A stretch of DNA of 64,000 nt, from contig JAZQMG010000056.1 in the NCBI GenBank assembly GCA_045543175.1, positions 58,422 to 122,421 on the forward strand, read 5' to 3'. The position numbers and the translations under genes are program-made. The notes beneath the pieces are model-generated. The model worked only from the letters and a program-made list of their open reading frames with translations, made no database searches and was not told where the DNA came from. Positions within the stretch are counted from its first letter, which is position 1. Every line of letters starts with the position of its first letter. Positions 1-9,407 of the stretch are shown piece after piece. The stretch comes from Acetatifactor sp. (GTDB lineage: Bacteria; Bacillota; Clostridia; Lachnospirales; Lachnospiraceae).

Positions 1-1692
1 CTCACTCAGCAAATCATCCACATCATCATAAACTGTCTGTCTCACATCTGGCACTGTTTGCTCCGTGACTTCAATATGTGCAATATTTCCATCTTGATTA
101 TACTTTACATCCGTAATAACAACCACATGATTTCCTGCCTCATTTAAAATATCTCCAACCTGTATCTTAACAAATTTTCCTGTTTCTCCCCGCTGTACAC
201 CCTCTTTCCATATTTCCCTTGTCGGCTTTCTTTCTTCTAAATCCCAACAATAAGAGGCAAATGTACTACAATCACATCCATATTTTGGTCCATATTGCGG
301 TGCATAACTCCCATCCTTCTGTCGTACATACGCCCAAGACCAATCATCAAAATCTGTGCTATATAATTTACTGTCCTTGTTAGCTCTTTCTTCCTTGTAC
401 TCATCCCAACTCATACCCGTTGGAGATAACACAAATTTCCCATTATACACAGCCTGTGTGTATATAATGCCATGTATTTTTTCGCCCGGCTCCATAACAT
501 CTGTTTCTTCTGTACTTTTACCCCAACATTTTACCTTTCCTAAAGTCACCCATGTATCATTATATATATCCCTTGCTCGTTTTGCAATTTCTTTTTGTTC
601 TTTTGTTACTTTAGCATCTATCAAAACCGAATCATCAGTATCTTCTTCCTCTGTATACACCTGATGAAAGTTGTCCGTTCCCAAGGCCACTGTGCTTCCC
701 GATACATCCGACTCGTCAACCAGAGGTGCAAATAAAGGCTTTACCCCCGTCTCCTCATCCTCAACAGGAACCACCTTGCTCAAATCCGCTAAAAACTCCT
801 CTTCCGAAATCGTTTCAAACCAAGTCTCTGTTGTATATGCCATTTTAATATCAAAATCTTCTGAGAGCGTTTTTATTTCCTGATATTTGCTATAACCCAA
901 ACGATATTCTTCTCCGTCCACCGTAAACACCAGAACATCATCTTCCATATAGTAGTCAGAGACATGCTCCTCTACCTTGCGTTCATCTATGTACAATGTA
1001 TAATCCTGCACAGAACCTTTCGCATAAACCACCCCCTGTCCGGTAGGAATAAAACTGAATACATCCGAATAATCATCAAGATATTCCATCTCCTCTGTAG
1101 CAAGATCCAATGTAAAAATACATCCTCCTGCCAAGAACATCAATTGCTCATTATTAACCAAATACATTTGCTTAACATCCCAACCGGAAAGTTCGAAGGT
1201 TTTCTCCACTTTCATAGAAATAAGATTCATAATCTTAATGTGCGTTCCGTCATCAGATGCCGTTGTATAATATAATTTGTTCTCTCCATAATTCAAATTA
1301 CGTGCCACATCACTGCAAAGCAGCACCTCATCAGTAACTGTTTGGATATGGATACCATCCTCCTCCCCGACTATCACAGCATCTCCTGTAGCCACCATAT
1401 TTACACCATTGATAATATAATAGCCATTATTACCCAAATCACATAATCGTACCGCTTCCGGTTTTACTACCCCTGGTTTCACTATACCTTCTGACACATC
1501 ACCAACATACATAGCGTTATCCGCAATTGTATCCGTAGCATCCTGTGACCCACATACCTCACTCGATACTTTCTGTGTCTCTCCACCAAACTGTCCATTC
1601 ACTTCTTCTGCCATGCCATGAATTGGATTTAACAGAATAATTCCAGCCAGAAGCAATGCACATTTTTGTCTAAATCTTTTGTTACTCAACAT
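1..1692 (-). CDS. Secreted protein with NlpC/P60-like cysteine peptidase domain (runs off the window start; not in ORF track)
   Basis: ATG at 1692 with GAGGAGGGG RBS. Signal peptide MLSNKRFRQKCALLLAGIILLNPIHGMA. Frame open to base 1. Motifs YGCDCSTFASYCW ... QVGDILNEAGNHVVVI fit the Cys/His dyad of NlpC/P60. The N-terminal half is beta-rich. Confidence 0.75.
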   Translation of the reverse strand, partial: MLSNKRFRQKCALLLAGIILLNPIHGMAEEVNGQFGGETQKVSSEVCGSQDATDTIADNAMYVGDVSEGIVKPGVVKPEAVRLCDLGNNGYYIINGVNMVATGDAVIVGEEDGIHIQTVTDEVLLCSDVARNLNYGENKLYYTTASDDGTHIKIMNLISMKVEKTFELSGWDVKQMYLVNNEQLMFLAGGCIFTLDLATEEMEYLDDYSDVFSFIPTGQGVVYAKGSVQDYTLYIDERKVEEHVSDYYMEDDVLVFTVDGEEYRLGYSKYQEIKTLSEDFDIKMAYTTETWFETISEEEFLADLSKVVPVEDEETGVKPLFAPLVDESDVSGSTVALGTDNFHQVYTEEEDTDDSVLIDAKVTKEQKEIAKRARDIYNDTWVTLGKVKCWGKSTEETDVMEPGEKIHGIIYTQAVYNGKFVLSPTGMSWDEYKEERANKDSKLYSTDFDDWSWAYVRQKDGSYAPQYGPKYGCDCSTFASYCWDLEERKPTREIWKEGVQRGETGKFVKIQVGDILNEAGNHVVVITDVKYNQDGNIAHIEVTEQTVPDVRQTVYDDVDDLLSE

Positions 1693-1880
1693 TAATACCC
1701 CTCCTCATTTTTGTGGTAAGTTTCAAAAAACATAATCAGACTTATACATCTATATATCCAATTACCCTTTCTGCGTATATGCTATCATCAATAATTTTCC
1801 TTGTCAACTTTTTTCACAATATGTCGATATATTGTTTTCTATTGACTGTATTTCATTGTATTATTTATTTAATCCATCCT

Positions 1881-1923
1881 AAAAAGGCGGCATTCCACCT
1901 CTCACAGTGTCCTGCCGCCTTTT
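1881..1923 (-). terminator. Rho-independent terminator
   Basis: AAAAAGGCGGCA...TGCCGCCTTTT inverted repeat just after the 1948 stop. Confidence 0.75.
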
Positions 1924-1947
1924 CACACTTCCTTTTACACGCCTTAT

Positions 1948-2973
1948 TTACTTCGCTGCCTCTGTGGCAAACTCTGTATTTACCAAATCCTCATAGGGAA
2001 CCTTCTCCTCCTGCACGTCGAACTCTATCAGAATATTCTGGAGCAAGTCAAAACTCTCCTCCTCGAAAATGAGGTCACTCTTCCATGTATCCTGTGAATG
2101 ATACCTCTCCACGATTTTGGTGAGTGTATCCAAATCAGTCTCAGCAAACTGAGGAGCAATAACCTTTGCAATCTCCTCCGGCGTGTGTGCAGCCACATAA
2201 TCCATTCCCTTTTGGAGCGCATTAGTAAACGCCTGCACTGTCTCCGGATTACTCTCGATATAACTCTTCTTAGCAGAAAAGGAGGTGTAAGGCACATAAC
2301 CGGAATCCTCCCCCAGAGAAGCTACCACATAACCGTCTCCCTTTTGCTCAAGCATGGTGGCATGAGGTTCAAACTCTACGGTAAAATCCCCCTGACCGCC
2401 TGAGAAGGCTGCTGCCGTGGAGCCAAAGTCTATACTCTGGTCAATGCGCACATCTGCTGCCGGGTCAATATTATTCTTTAACAAAATATACTCAAATACC
2501 ATCTCAGGCATACCGCCGGCTCTGCCCCCAAGCACATCCTTATCCTTCAACATATCCCATGTAAAATCATCAATGGGTTCTCTGGACACCAGAAAATTAC
2601 CTGCCCTCTGAGTCAACTGAGCAAAATTGACCACATAATCCTCCGTGCCCCCCGCATAGGTATACACACTGCTCTCACAGCCCATGAATCCGATATCTGC
2701 CTCACCGGTAAGAACTGCTGTCATGGTCTTATCCGCACCAAATCCGGTAACCAACTCCAAATCAATTCCCTCTTCTGCAAAATATCCTTCCTCAATAGCT
2801 ACATACATAGGCGCATAGAAAATAGAATGAGCCACTTCATTGAGTACCACCTTGGTCATCCCGCCCTGCGCACCGCCTTCATCTTTCTTGCCATCCGTGG
2901 CGCAACCTGCAAGTGCCAACACAGGCAGCACTCCGGCAAGCAACAGCGCACAAAGCTTATTAAACCTTTTCAC
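1948..2973 (-). CDS. ABC transporter substrate-binding lipoprotein, NMT1/THI5 (SsuA/TauA-like) family
   Basis: Lipobox LALAGC; EVAHSIFYAPMYVAIEEGYF and GADKTMTAV motifs typical of the family. Confidence 0.85.
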   Translation of the reverse strand: MKRFNKLCALLLAGVLPVLALAGCATDGKKDEGGAQGGMTKVVLNEVAHSIFYAPMYVAIEEGYFAEEGIDLELVTGFGADKTMTAVLTGEADIGFMGCESSVYTYAGGTEDYVVNFAQLTQRAGNFLVSREPIDDFTWDMLKDKDVLGGRAGGMPEMVFEYILLKNNIDPAADVRIDQSIDFGSTAAAFSGGQGDFTVEFEPHATMLEQKGDGYVVASLGEDSGYVPYTSFSAKKSYIESNPETVQAFTNALQKGMDYVAAHTPEEIAKVIAPQFAETDLDTLTKIVERYHSQDTWKSDLIFEEESFDLLQNILIEFDVQEEKVPYEDLVNTEFATEAAK

Positions 2974-3029
2974 AATACAAATCCTCCACAGAAATTTTCT
3001 GTCTTCGGGTTTATGTTATGAATACATAT

Positions 3030-3064
3030 AAAAAAAGGTGCCTGTATCACAACAGACACCTTTC
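3030..3064 (-). terminator. Rho-independent terminator after HIT gene
   Basis: AAAAAGGTGCCTGT...ACAGACACCTTTT hairpin with T-run on the minus strand. Confidence 0.65.
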
Positions 3065-3081
3065 TCTCGCTTAAACTCTTA

Positions 3082-3501
3082 TTACAGATTTGCCTTGATT
3101 TTCTCAATCATCTCTGCATACTCTTCATCAGTCAGATAGGTCTTGCCGGGGTTCATCTGGAAGGTACCGCCCCACTCATCCTGTCCCTCGTACTTGGGTA
3201 CCAGATGGAAGTGCAGATGGCATCCGGTATCACCGTAAGCACCATAGTTGAGCTTATCGGGATGGAATGCAGCATGAATCGCCTTTGCTGCACGATTGAT
3301 ATCAGCAAAGAATTTGTTGCGTTCCTCCTCACTGATATTTACAATCTCACTGACATGATCCTTGTAAGCCACAATACATCTGCCGGGCTTGGACTGCTCC
3401 TTAAACAAAATCAGACTGGAAACCTCCAGTTCACAGATAAAGATTCCAAACTTCTCCAGAATCTCGCCTCTCATACAATATCCGCAATTTGAATCCTTCA
3501 T
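3082..3501 (-). CDS. HIT family nucleotide hydrolase
   Basis: N-terminal CxxC and histidine triad HLHFH. Confidence 0.9.
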   Translation of the reverse strand: MKDSNCGYCMRGEILEKFGIFICELEVSSLILFKEQSKPGRCIVAYKDHVSEIVNISEEERNKFFADINRAAKAIHAAFHPDKLNYGAYGDTGCHLHFHLVPKYEGQDEWGGTFQMNPGKTYLTDEEYAEMIEKIKANL

Positions 3502-3644
3502 ATGTCCTCCTGTTGCGCCACGCGCCTTTTATTCTTTTTAAGAAGCCCGGTTACAAGCCTTGCTCCTTTGTTGCTTATTATAGCCCTATTCAAAATGTTT
3601 CGCAAGTACATAAAGCAGTTTCAGCATCCCACGCCCCCAAATAC

Positions 3645-4352
3645 TCAATTCAGAATTTCCCCTATCCGCTCAGGATAGTAATTCACAATCAATTCCTTGG
3701 GGAAATCCACAGCCTCCACCACCTCTAAAGCCCTGTCAAATTTACCTATGCTATAACAGATATGGCTGTCTGACCCCATAATAATCGGCACATCATACTT
3801 CTTACAGGTACGAAGAAGCTTTTCCACATTCTCCCTGCCTCCCTGTCTTGCCGACTTCGGATTCAAGGAAGAATTATTCAGTTCTAAAAAGACCTTCTCC
3901 TTCTTGGCCGCCTGCACCAATTCCTCATAATCCAAAGGGTATCTGGAATCATCCGGATGCCCCAGAATCTTCACATAAGGATTCTGCATAGCTTTGACAG
4001 ATGCCCTTGTATTCTCCTCAATACTTCCAGGCTTTACACAGGGAATGTGCATACTGGCAATCGCATAATCCAACCGTGCCAAATACCACTCCTCCAAATC
4101 CAGCGTGCCCTCATAATCCATGATATTGACCTCCGCTCCACAAAGCAGACGAAGACCTCCATACTCTCTCGGCACACAGTTATAGCTGCTAAAGAAAAAG
4201 GGATGAGTGGCCCCCGGCATCGCCGGCGCATGCTCACTCAATCCCAGATAAGTAAGGCCGGCTTCCTGTGCAGCCTCTATATTTTCCTTTAGTGTACTGT
4301 ATGCGTGGCCACACGCAATCGTGTGGGTATGCAAATCCATACACAACTCCAT
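3645..4352 (-). CDS. PHP-domain phosphatase (YcdX-like)
   Basis: DLHTHT, SEH, GHPD and GSDSH metal-binding motifs. Confidence 0.9.
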   Translation of the reverse strand: MELCMDLHTHTIACGHAYSTLKENIEAAQEAGLTYLGLSEHAPAMPGATHPFFFSSYNCVPREYGGLRLLCGAEVNIMDYEGTLDLEEWYLARLDYAIASMHIPCVKPGSIEENTRASVKAMQNPYVKILGHPDDSRYPLDYEELVQAAKKEKVFLELNNSSLNPKSARQGGRENVEKLLRTCKKYDVPIIMGSDSHICYSIGKFDRALEVVEAVDFPKELIVNYYPERIGEILN

Positions 4353-4368
4353 TCTTAAAACGCTCCTT

Positions 4369-5052
4369 CTATTTGGTCACCTTATCCGTTTTGTCAGCTT
4401 TAACCTTATCAGCTTTGACCTTGTCAGCTTTCGCTGACTTTCCGGACTTATTCTCCTGCATTTTCTCCCGCATGCCGTCAACCATCTTCTCTATCATCAG
4501 ACGCTTCATATACACATCAAAGCTGAGCAGACAAATAAAAGAAAACTGCCGCAAAAATTCCTGATGCTCCTCGGGAGCCTCCCCAAAGGTCTCCTCCGCC
4601 AATTTGAACTTCTCCACCACATCAGCCTTCATCACTTCAATCTGTCCCTTTTCCATGTTGAATACTTCCTGATAGATGCTCTCCAAGTCAAATTTCTCAC
4701 CATTCTGGAAGAAATGCTCTGTAATGGGTCCCAAAAGCGTCTGAATATCCGTGATGGACAAAACACCCTTATAGTAATAGATAAAAATCAAAAGAAGCAC
4801 ATGCTCCTTGGAATATTTCTTCTTCACCGGTGGTGGAAGCAAATCATTCTTGGCGTAATTGTTAATCATGGTCTTGGTCAGCACCTTGTCATCTCCGGGA
4901 TTACGCGCACCGGAGCGAAGACGACTGTCCATAAAGGTAGTTACCTGATCCATGTATAAGTCAATATTGGGAATATCGGAGGGCTTGATGTAATCGATAC
5001 GATCAAGGCTCGCCAATATGCTGTTTAACAAATCTTCTGTATCTAATGTCAC
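4369..5052 (-). CDS. DUF1836-type putative transcription regulator
   Basis: IPNIDLYMDQV and LTKTMINNYAK..LLPPPVKKKYSKEH signature; C-terminal KADKV repeats. Confidence 0.85.
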   Translation of the reverse strand: MTLDTEDLLNSILASLDRIDYIKPSDIPNIDLYMDQVTTFMDSRLRSGARNPGDDKVLTKTMINNYAKNDLLPPPVKKKYSKEHVLLLIFIYYYKGVLSITDIQTLLGPITEHFFQNGEKFDLESIYQEVFNMEKGQIEVMKADVVEKFKLAEETFGEAPEEHQEFLRQFSFICLLSFDVYMKRLMIEKMVDGMREKMQENKSGKSAKADKVKADKVKADKTDKVTK

Positions 5053-5114
5053 TTACTCGTCCCCCTTGTAAATCTACACTTTCTTATATCAATATTTTCA
5101 CTTACCCATACAGT

Positions 5115-5135
5115 ATATAGTATTCAAAACTACAT
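5115..5135. promoter_or_regulatory. 21-bp palindrome inside the DUF1836 gene promoter (candidate operator)
   Basis: ATATAGTATTCAAAACTACAT lies between minus-strand -35 TTGATA and -10 TATACT. Confidence 0.5.
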
Positions 5136-5284
5136 ATCAACCTTTTTTTCATTTTTAGCATCTAAATTTCATCTAAATTTTAGTATTTACTTTAAAGATT
5201 TAGTGTGTTAAAATGCCCATATAGGTTCATGATGTAAAGTATTAAAATTTTAAAGCATAAAAGTAAACAAGACGAGGTATTCAT

Positions 5285-5575
5285 ATGAACAAGAAAATCA
5301 AAACCGAAGCCGTTGACGCTCTGTTCGACGCAATTTTGTGCCTTGAGAACCGCGAGGAATGCTACAACTTTTTTGAAGATTTGTGTACTGTAAACGAATT
5401 ACTCTCGCTTTCCCAGCGTTTTGAGGTTGCCTCCATGCTCAAGGAGCGCAAAACCTACTTGGAGATTGCAGAGAAAACCGGCGCCTCCACTGCCACCATC
5501 AGCCGCGTAAACCGTTCTCTTACCTACGGCAATGACGGATATGAATTAATATTTGAACGTCTGAAAAACAAATAG
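5285..5575 (+). CDS. YerC/YecD TrpR-like repressor (HisR-like)
   Basis: FFEDLCTVNEL...QRFEVA...TGASTATISRVNRSL signature. Confidence 0.9.
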   Translation: MNKKIKTEAVDALFDAILCLENREECYNFFEDLCTVNELLSLSQRFEVASMLKERKTYLEIAEKTGASTATISRVNRSLTYGNDGYELIFERLKNK

Positions 5576-5590
5576 TCTTTTTACACATAC

Positions 5591-5621
5591 GAACTGCCGA
5601 CAGGATTTCCTGCCGGCAGTT
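5591..5621. terminator. Hairpin terminator between convergent yerC-like and GGDEF genes
   Basis: AACTGCCGACAGGA-TT-TCCTGCCGGCAGTT. Confidence 0.7.
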
Positions 5622-5626
5622 TATAT

Positions 5627-7423
5627 TTATACCTCTATATCTCCCTCACATATTCTCTGGCAAATCAACTTACCGACGGCATTCAGGGCAATCATATCCC
5701 CTTCATTCCACTTTCTGGATGTATTAAATACATCAAAGCACACCAGCCCCTTTACAGCCTCCTCCTTGCGATAAACACTTAAGAGATTGGCATTAACCTC
5801 CAACCGCTGATATTTGTTGTAAAAGGATTTATCTGCCATCTGCTTCGCATCTTCAATGGCAATCATATCATCCTCACGCATCAGGTCCGTAAAGTCCTTA
5901 TGATCCATCAGGGAAAACCGCTCCAACTGATACTCATACTGACCATAGCGAAGATATGTATTTAAATTATCTCCGATATAAACAGAAACACCTGCCACAT
6001 CAAACAAATCGCAAATCTTGGCCGCCACATCATTAAAAGAATCCCGCACATCTCCCTTTGCCAACTCCAAAACTATCTCCGAATACAGCATGGAACGATT
6101 TACTCTGGACGCAATGGATTTCAGACCCTTCATTCTTCGGCTCTCACTTACCAGTTTCAAGCTCTTGTGCTGCTTCTCATCATAGAACACATAGTTGTTC
6201 TTGCCATTTGCCTTAGCAACATAAAGTGCCTTGTCCGCTCTCTTGAACAGAATTTCGTAAGCAGTTCCGTCCTTTGGATAACTGGAGATACCTATGGAAA
6301 TGGACACATGCAAATCGGCATGAGTATCCTTAAACAGAAGTCCCACCTCACCATAAATGGTCTTCAGCATCTTATCCATGACATCCTTGTCACAATTCTC
6401 CAAAAGCACAACAAACTCATCGCCGCCAAATCTGGCAACCGTTCCTCTACCGCCTACAACACGCTTCAATGTCTCAGCAGTTCTGAAAATTACCTGATCG
6501 CCAAATAAATGACCATAGGTGTCATTGATATTCTTAAAATCATCAATATCGATTACAAGCAACGACAACCGTGTATCTTCATCAGCCTGATTGAACTTTT
6601 GAACCGCATACTCCATGATGGCTCTCTTATTCATAAGACCGGTTGCGGAATCTCTGCTGGCCTCCGTTGCATAATAGGGCTTTTCCATCACATCGGCATT
6701 GAGCTTGATTACCCCGGCCACTACCTTACTGCCATCCGTGTCAAAGAGAACACTTCCCGTAATCTGAACCGAATCGCTTCGTTTTGCTTTGGAAAAGAAG
6801 GTGGTCGCCAACTGTAACTTAAAATCCTCCAAACCATCCTTCATACACCCGCACAAGGTCTCAAACTTTTTCTTTTCCGAATCCTTCCACAGATAGGTAG
6901 TCATCATCTGTTCTGCCCATACATCCAAATCCTCAGACAGGAACATATAATTCTTATCATTCACATACATGTAAATGTTAATTACATTTGTTTTTTTCGC
7001 ATAATCAAAGAAAATATAGTCCACAAGAGACATCATTCTCCTGTATTTGGATAAAATCAGATTGTTTCTCCTGAATTTCTCCAAAGACGCAATGATATCC
7101 GAAACATAAACTTCAATACAATGTACTCCATCAATTACAAACTTCTCCTGCTTCAAGCGAATCAGCATAAATTTGTAATTGCCTGCAGTAGTAATTACAC
7201 GCACCAAAACATACTGCGGCTCCTCACTTACATTTTGTGCTGCCTCAATAAAGGAATCCCTGTCTCCGGAATGAATCATCTCTGCAAAATTTCTGTCTGC
7301 ATTAATATCCAGAAAAGTATGTAATTCCTCATCCGCCGAAGCAATCTCGAAATTTCCCTTTAAAATTGCCATGCCCAAAGGCATAAGATATCCTGTACTT
7401 CCGTTATATGCTGTAATATCCAA
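5627..7423 (-). CDS. Diguanylate cyclase (PAS-like/GGDEF/GAF-like)
   Basis: DSATGLMNK, DIDDFKNINDTYGH, intact RFGGDEF, ADKALYVAK; GAF-like C-terminus; no RxxD I-site. Confidence 0.9.
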   Translation of the reverse strand: MDITAYNGSTGYLMPLGMAILKGNFEIASADEELHTFLDINADRNFAEMIHSGDRDSFIEAAQNVSEEPQYVLVRVITTAGNYKFMLIRLKQEKFVIDGVHCIEVYVSDIIASLEKFRRNNLILSKYRRMMSLVDYIFFDYAKKTNVINIYMYVNDKNYMFLSEDLDVWAEQMMTTYLWKDSEKKKFETLCGCMKDGLEDFKLQLATTFFSKAKRSDSVQITGSVLFDTDGSKVVAGVIKLNADVMEKPYYATEASRDSATGLMNKRAIMEYAVQKFNQADEDTRLSLLVIDIDDFKNINDTYGHLFGDQVIFRTAETLKRVVGGRGTVARFGGDEFVVLLENCDKDVMDKMLKTIYGEVGLLFKDTHADLHVSISIGISSYPKDGTAYEILFKRADKALYVAKANGKNNYVFYDEKQHKSLKLVSESRRMKGLKSIASRVNRSMLYSEIVLELAKGDVRDSFNDVAAKICDLFDVAGVSVYIGDNLNTYLRYGQYEYQLERFSLMDHKDFTDLMREDDMIAIEDAKQMADKSFYNKYQRLEVNANLLSVYRKEEAVKGLVCFDVFNTSRKWNEGDMIALNAVGKLICQRICEGDIEV

Positions 7424-7435
7424 TTTCTATCTCCC

Positions 7436-8182
7436 CTAGCCGTTAATTGATAACATCTCCATGGGATTGATGTACGCATTATCTTTCATCATCTGGTATC
7501 CCATTTCTTCCTTGCGTTCCTCAATTATGTATAGTGCCGTACCGCACACAACCGTATCCCCCACCTGCACTCTGGGTTCTCCGGCATTTCTATATATGGT
7601 AATATAACCGTTACCATGATCAACCCAGATACTGTGCACATAATCTGCATCATCCTTCACTCCGGTTACCGTGCCGCTGGCTGTAGCCACCACAGCACTT
7701 CCCTCAGACGCATCAAACACACAAATCGGCGCATCATCTATGGTCTCCTCTTTCATGGTCGCAGAACCATTCAGGGGAAACTCAGTCGGCATGCTCTGCT
7801 TCTCAATCTGAGCCTTCAACTCGCTCTCACTCTGGGTTTTCTGACTGACTGTTTCACTGAGAATCTGTACCGTCTCATTCAGTCCAACAATCTCTGTCTC
7901 CAACTCCAATTTTTCCTGTTTGAGCTGCGCATTACTTTCTTGCAGAGTCTTGATGGTCGCCACCTGATTATCACTTCTGGCATCCACTGCCCGCCAGATT
8001 TTCTCCTCATGAGCAATATAGCCCAACATGGCACCCAAAAGAATACATAACACCGCAATGACCAACCACAAAAGCCACGGTCTGACCTGATAGCGTTTCA
8101 GTTCTGCATCCTTGTCATCCGTAGTCACAAATACAAAATGGTTTATCTTGGGTTTCTGTTTGTCTTCTACCATAAAAGTCAC
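7436..8182 (-). CDS. Membrane-anchored coiled-coil protein with degenerate M23 (LytM) domain
   Basis: One TM, a coiled coil, then GSAVVATASGTV..IWVDHGNGYITIY..V.VGDTV..NPMEML. The zinc ligands are missing. Confidence 0.8.
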   Translation of the reverse strand: MTFMVEDKQKPKINHFVFVTTDDKDAELKRYQVRPWLLWLVIAVLCILLGAMLGYIAHEEKIWRAVDARSDNQVATIKTLQESNAQLKQEKLELETEIVGLNETVQILSETVSQKTQSESELKAQIEKQSMPTEFPLNGSATMKEETIDDAPICVFDASEGSAVVATASGTVTGVKDDADYVHSIWVDHGNGYITIYRNAGEPRVQVGDTVVCGTALYIIEERKEEMGYQMMKDNAYINPMEMLSING

Positions 8183-8344
8183 CTCCGGTAAACTTAGTCA
8201 ATTGTACCACAGGTAACATTTTCCATCAACATCACCTTAACTTTTTTGTAATATTTTCCCAATTTTTTTTGGTTTTTTCTATCAGATTTGTAAAAATGAC
8301 CTGCCCGCTTTTGTGCATTTCTCACACAAATTCTTATAATTTCA

Positions 8345-9397
8345 TTATACTTCCAGTTTCATGTCTCCCTCTGCAATCCACCCGATTTTACGGCAAATCT
8401 CTGATACTCCCAGACTAATCACCCCCGGCAATACAAAGTGCATTACCGCAATCAGTCCCAGTGCAGTCCCTCCGCTCATACCGTCAGCTACCATGGAACC
8501 ATAGGCCGCAAACTGACCTACAAAGCCTGCCGAACCCATACCGGAGCCAACCGGCGTACTGGTCATATGAAGTACCGCGGATGCCACAGGACCCAGAATT
8601 GCACTGGAGACAATAGCCGGAAGCCAGATAATTGGTTTCTTTACAATATTGGGCACTTGAAGCATGGAAGTTCCCACTCCCTGAGCAATCAGACCACCCA
8701 TTTTGTTTTCGCGGTAACTTGCCACTGCAAAGCCCACCATATTGCAGCAACACCCTACCGTGGCGGCACCTGCTGCAAGACCACTTAGATTCATAGCCAC
8801 ACCAATGGCTGCAGAACTGATAGGCAGCGTCAAAATCATCCCCATGAGCACAGACACCACAATACCACCAATGATGGGATGCTGTTCCACATTCACATTT
8901 ACCAAAGCTCCAAGCCATCCCATAAAAGCAGAAATAGGAGGACCTGCCACAAATCCTGCCACTGCACCGGACAAAATTGCCACAAGAGGAGTTACCAGAA
9001 TATCCACCTTGGTCTTGCCCGCCACAAGATGACCGACCTTGATTGCCACAAGGGCAGCAATGAACGCCCCCAAAGGCTCACCGGGTTTGCCCATTCCAAA
9101 GGCCTCCATCTGTGTCACTCCCGGAAATGCACCAATCATACCTGCCACCGCCGCAGATACCGTTACTAAGGGACCTTCCTTATACTTAGATGCTACACCT
9201 ACGCCGATTCCGGCACCGGTAATGGTCTTCGCCACATTGCTCACTGCAATAAGATAAGTACCAATCGTACCGCCCACAAGACTTCCGATTTGGGCAATGA
9301 TGGTTCCGATAATCAGCGTAGAAAACAGTCCTAACGCCATACCACTCAAGCCATCAATAAATATTTCCTGTAACCACTTCTTACATTTCTCTTTCAT
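8345..9397 (-). CDS. PTS EIIC-like (PfoR-type) integral membrane protein
   Basis: FIDGLSGMALGLFSTLIIG, LTLPISSAAI, GTSMLQVPNI, GSGMGSAG motifs; multiple TMs. Confidence 0.8.
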   Translation of the reverse strand: MKEKCKKWLQEIFIDGLSGMALGLFSTLIIGTIIAQIGSLVGGTIGTYLIAVSNVAKTITGAGIGVGVASKYKEGPLVTVSAAVAGMIGAFPGVTQMEAFGMGKPGEPLGAFIAALVAIKVGHLVAGKTKVDILVTPLVAILSGAVAGFVAGPPISAFMGWLGALVNVNVEQHPIIGGIVVSVLMGMILTLPISSAAIGVAMNLSGLAAGAATVGCCCNMVGFAVASYRENKMGGLIAQGVGTSMLQVPNIVKKPIIWLPAIVSSAILGPVASAVLHMTSTPVGSGMGSAGFVGQFAAYGSMVADGMSGGTALGLIAVMHFVLPGVISLGVSEICRKIGWIAEGDMKLEV

Positions 9398-9407
9398 ATC
9401 AAACCTC

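Noticed and set aside
4375-4435. 15-bp tandem repeat (KADKV x3)
   Set aside because: In-frame, degenerate low-complexity tail; not a contingency locus or CRISPR.
8311-8329. TTGTGCATTTCTCACACAA as a Rex operator
   Set aside because: Spacing is one base too long and the downstream genes are not redox-related.
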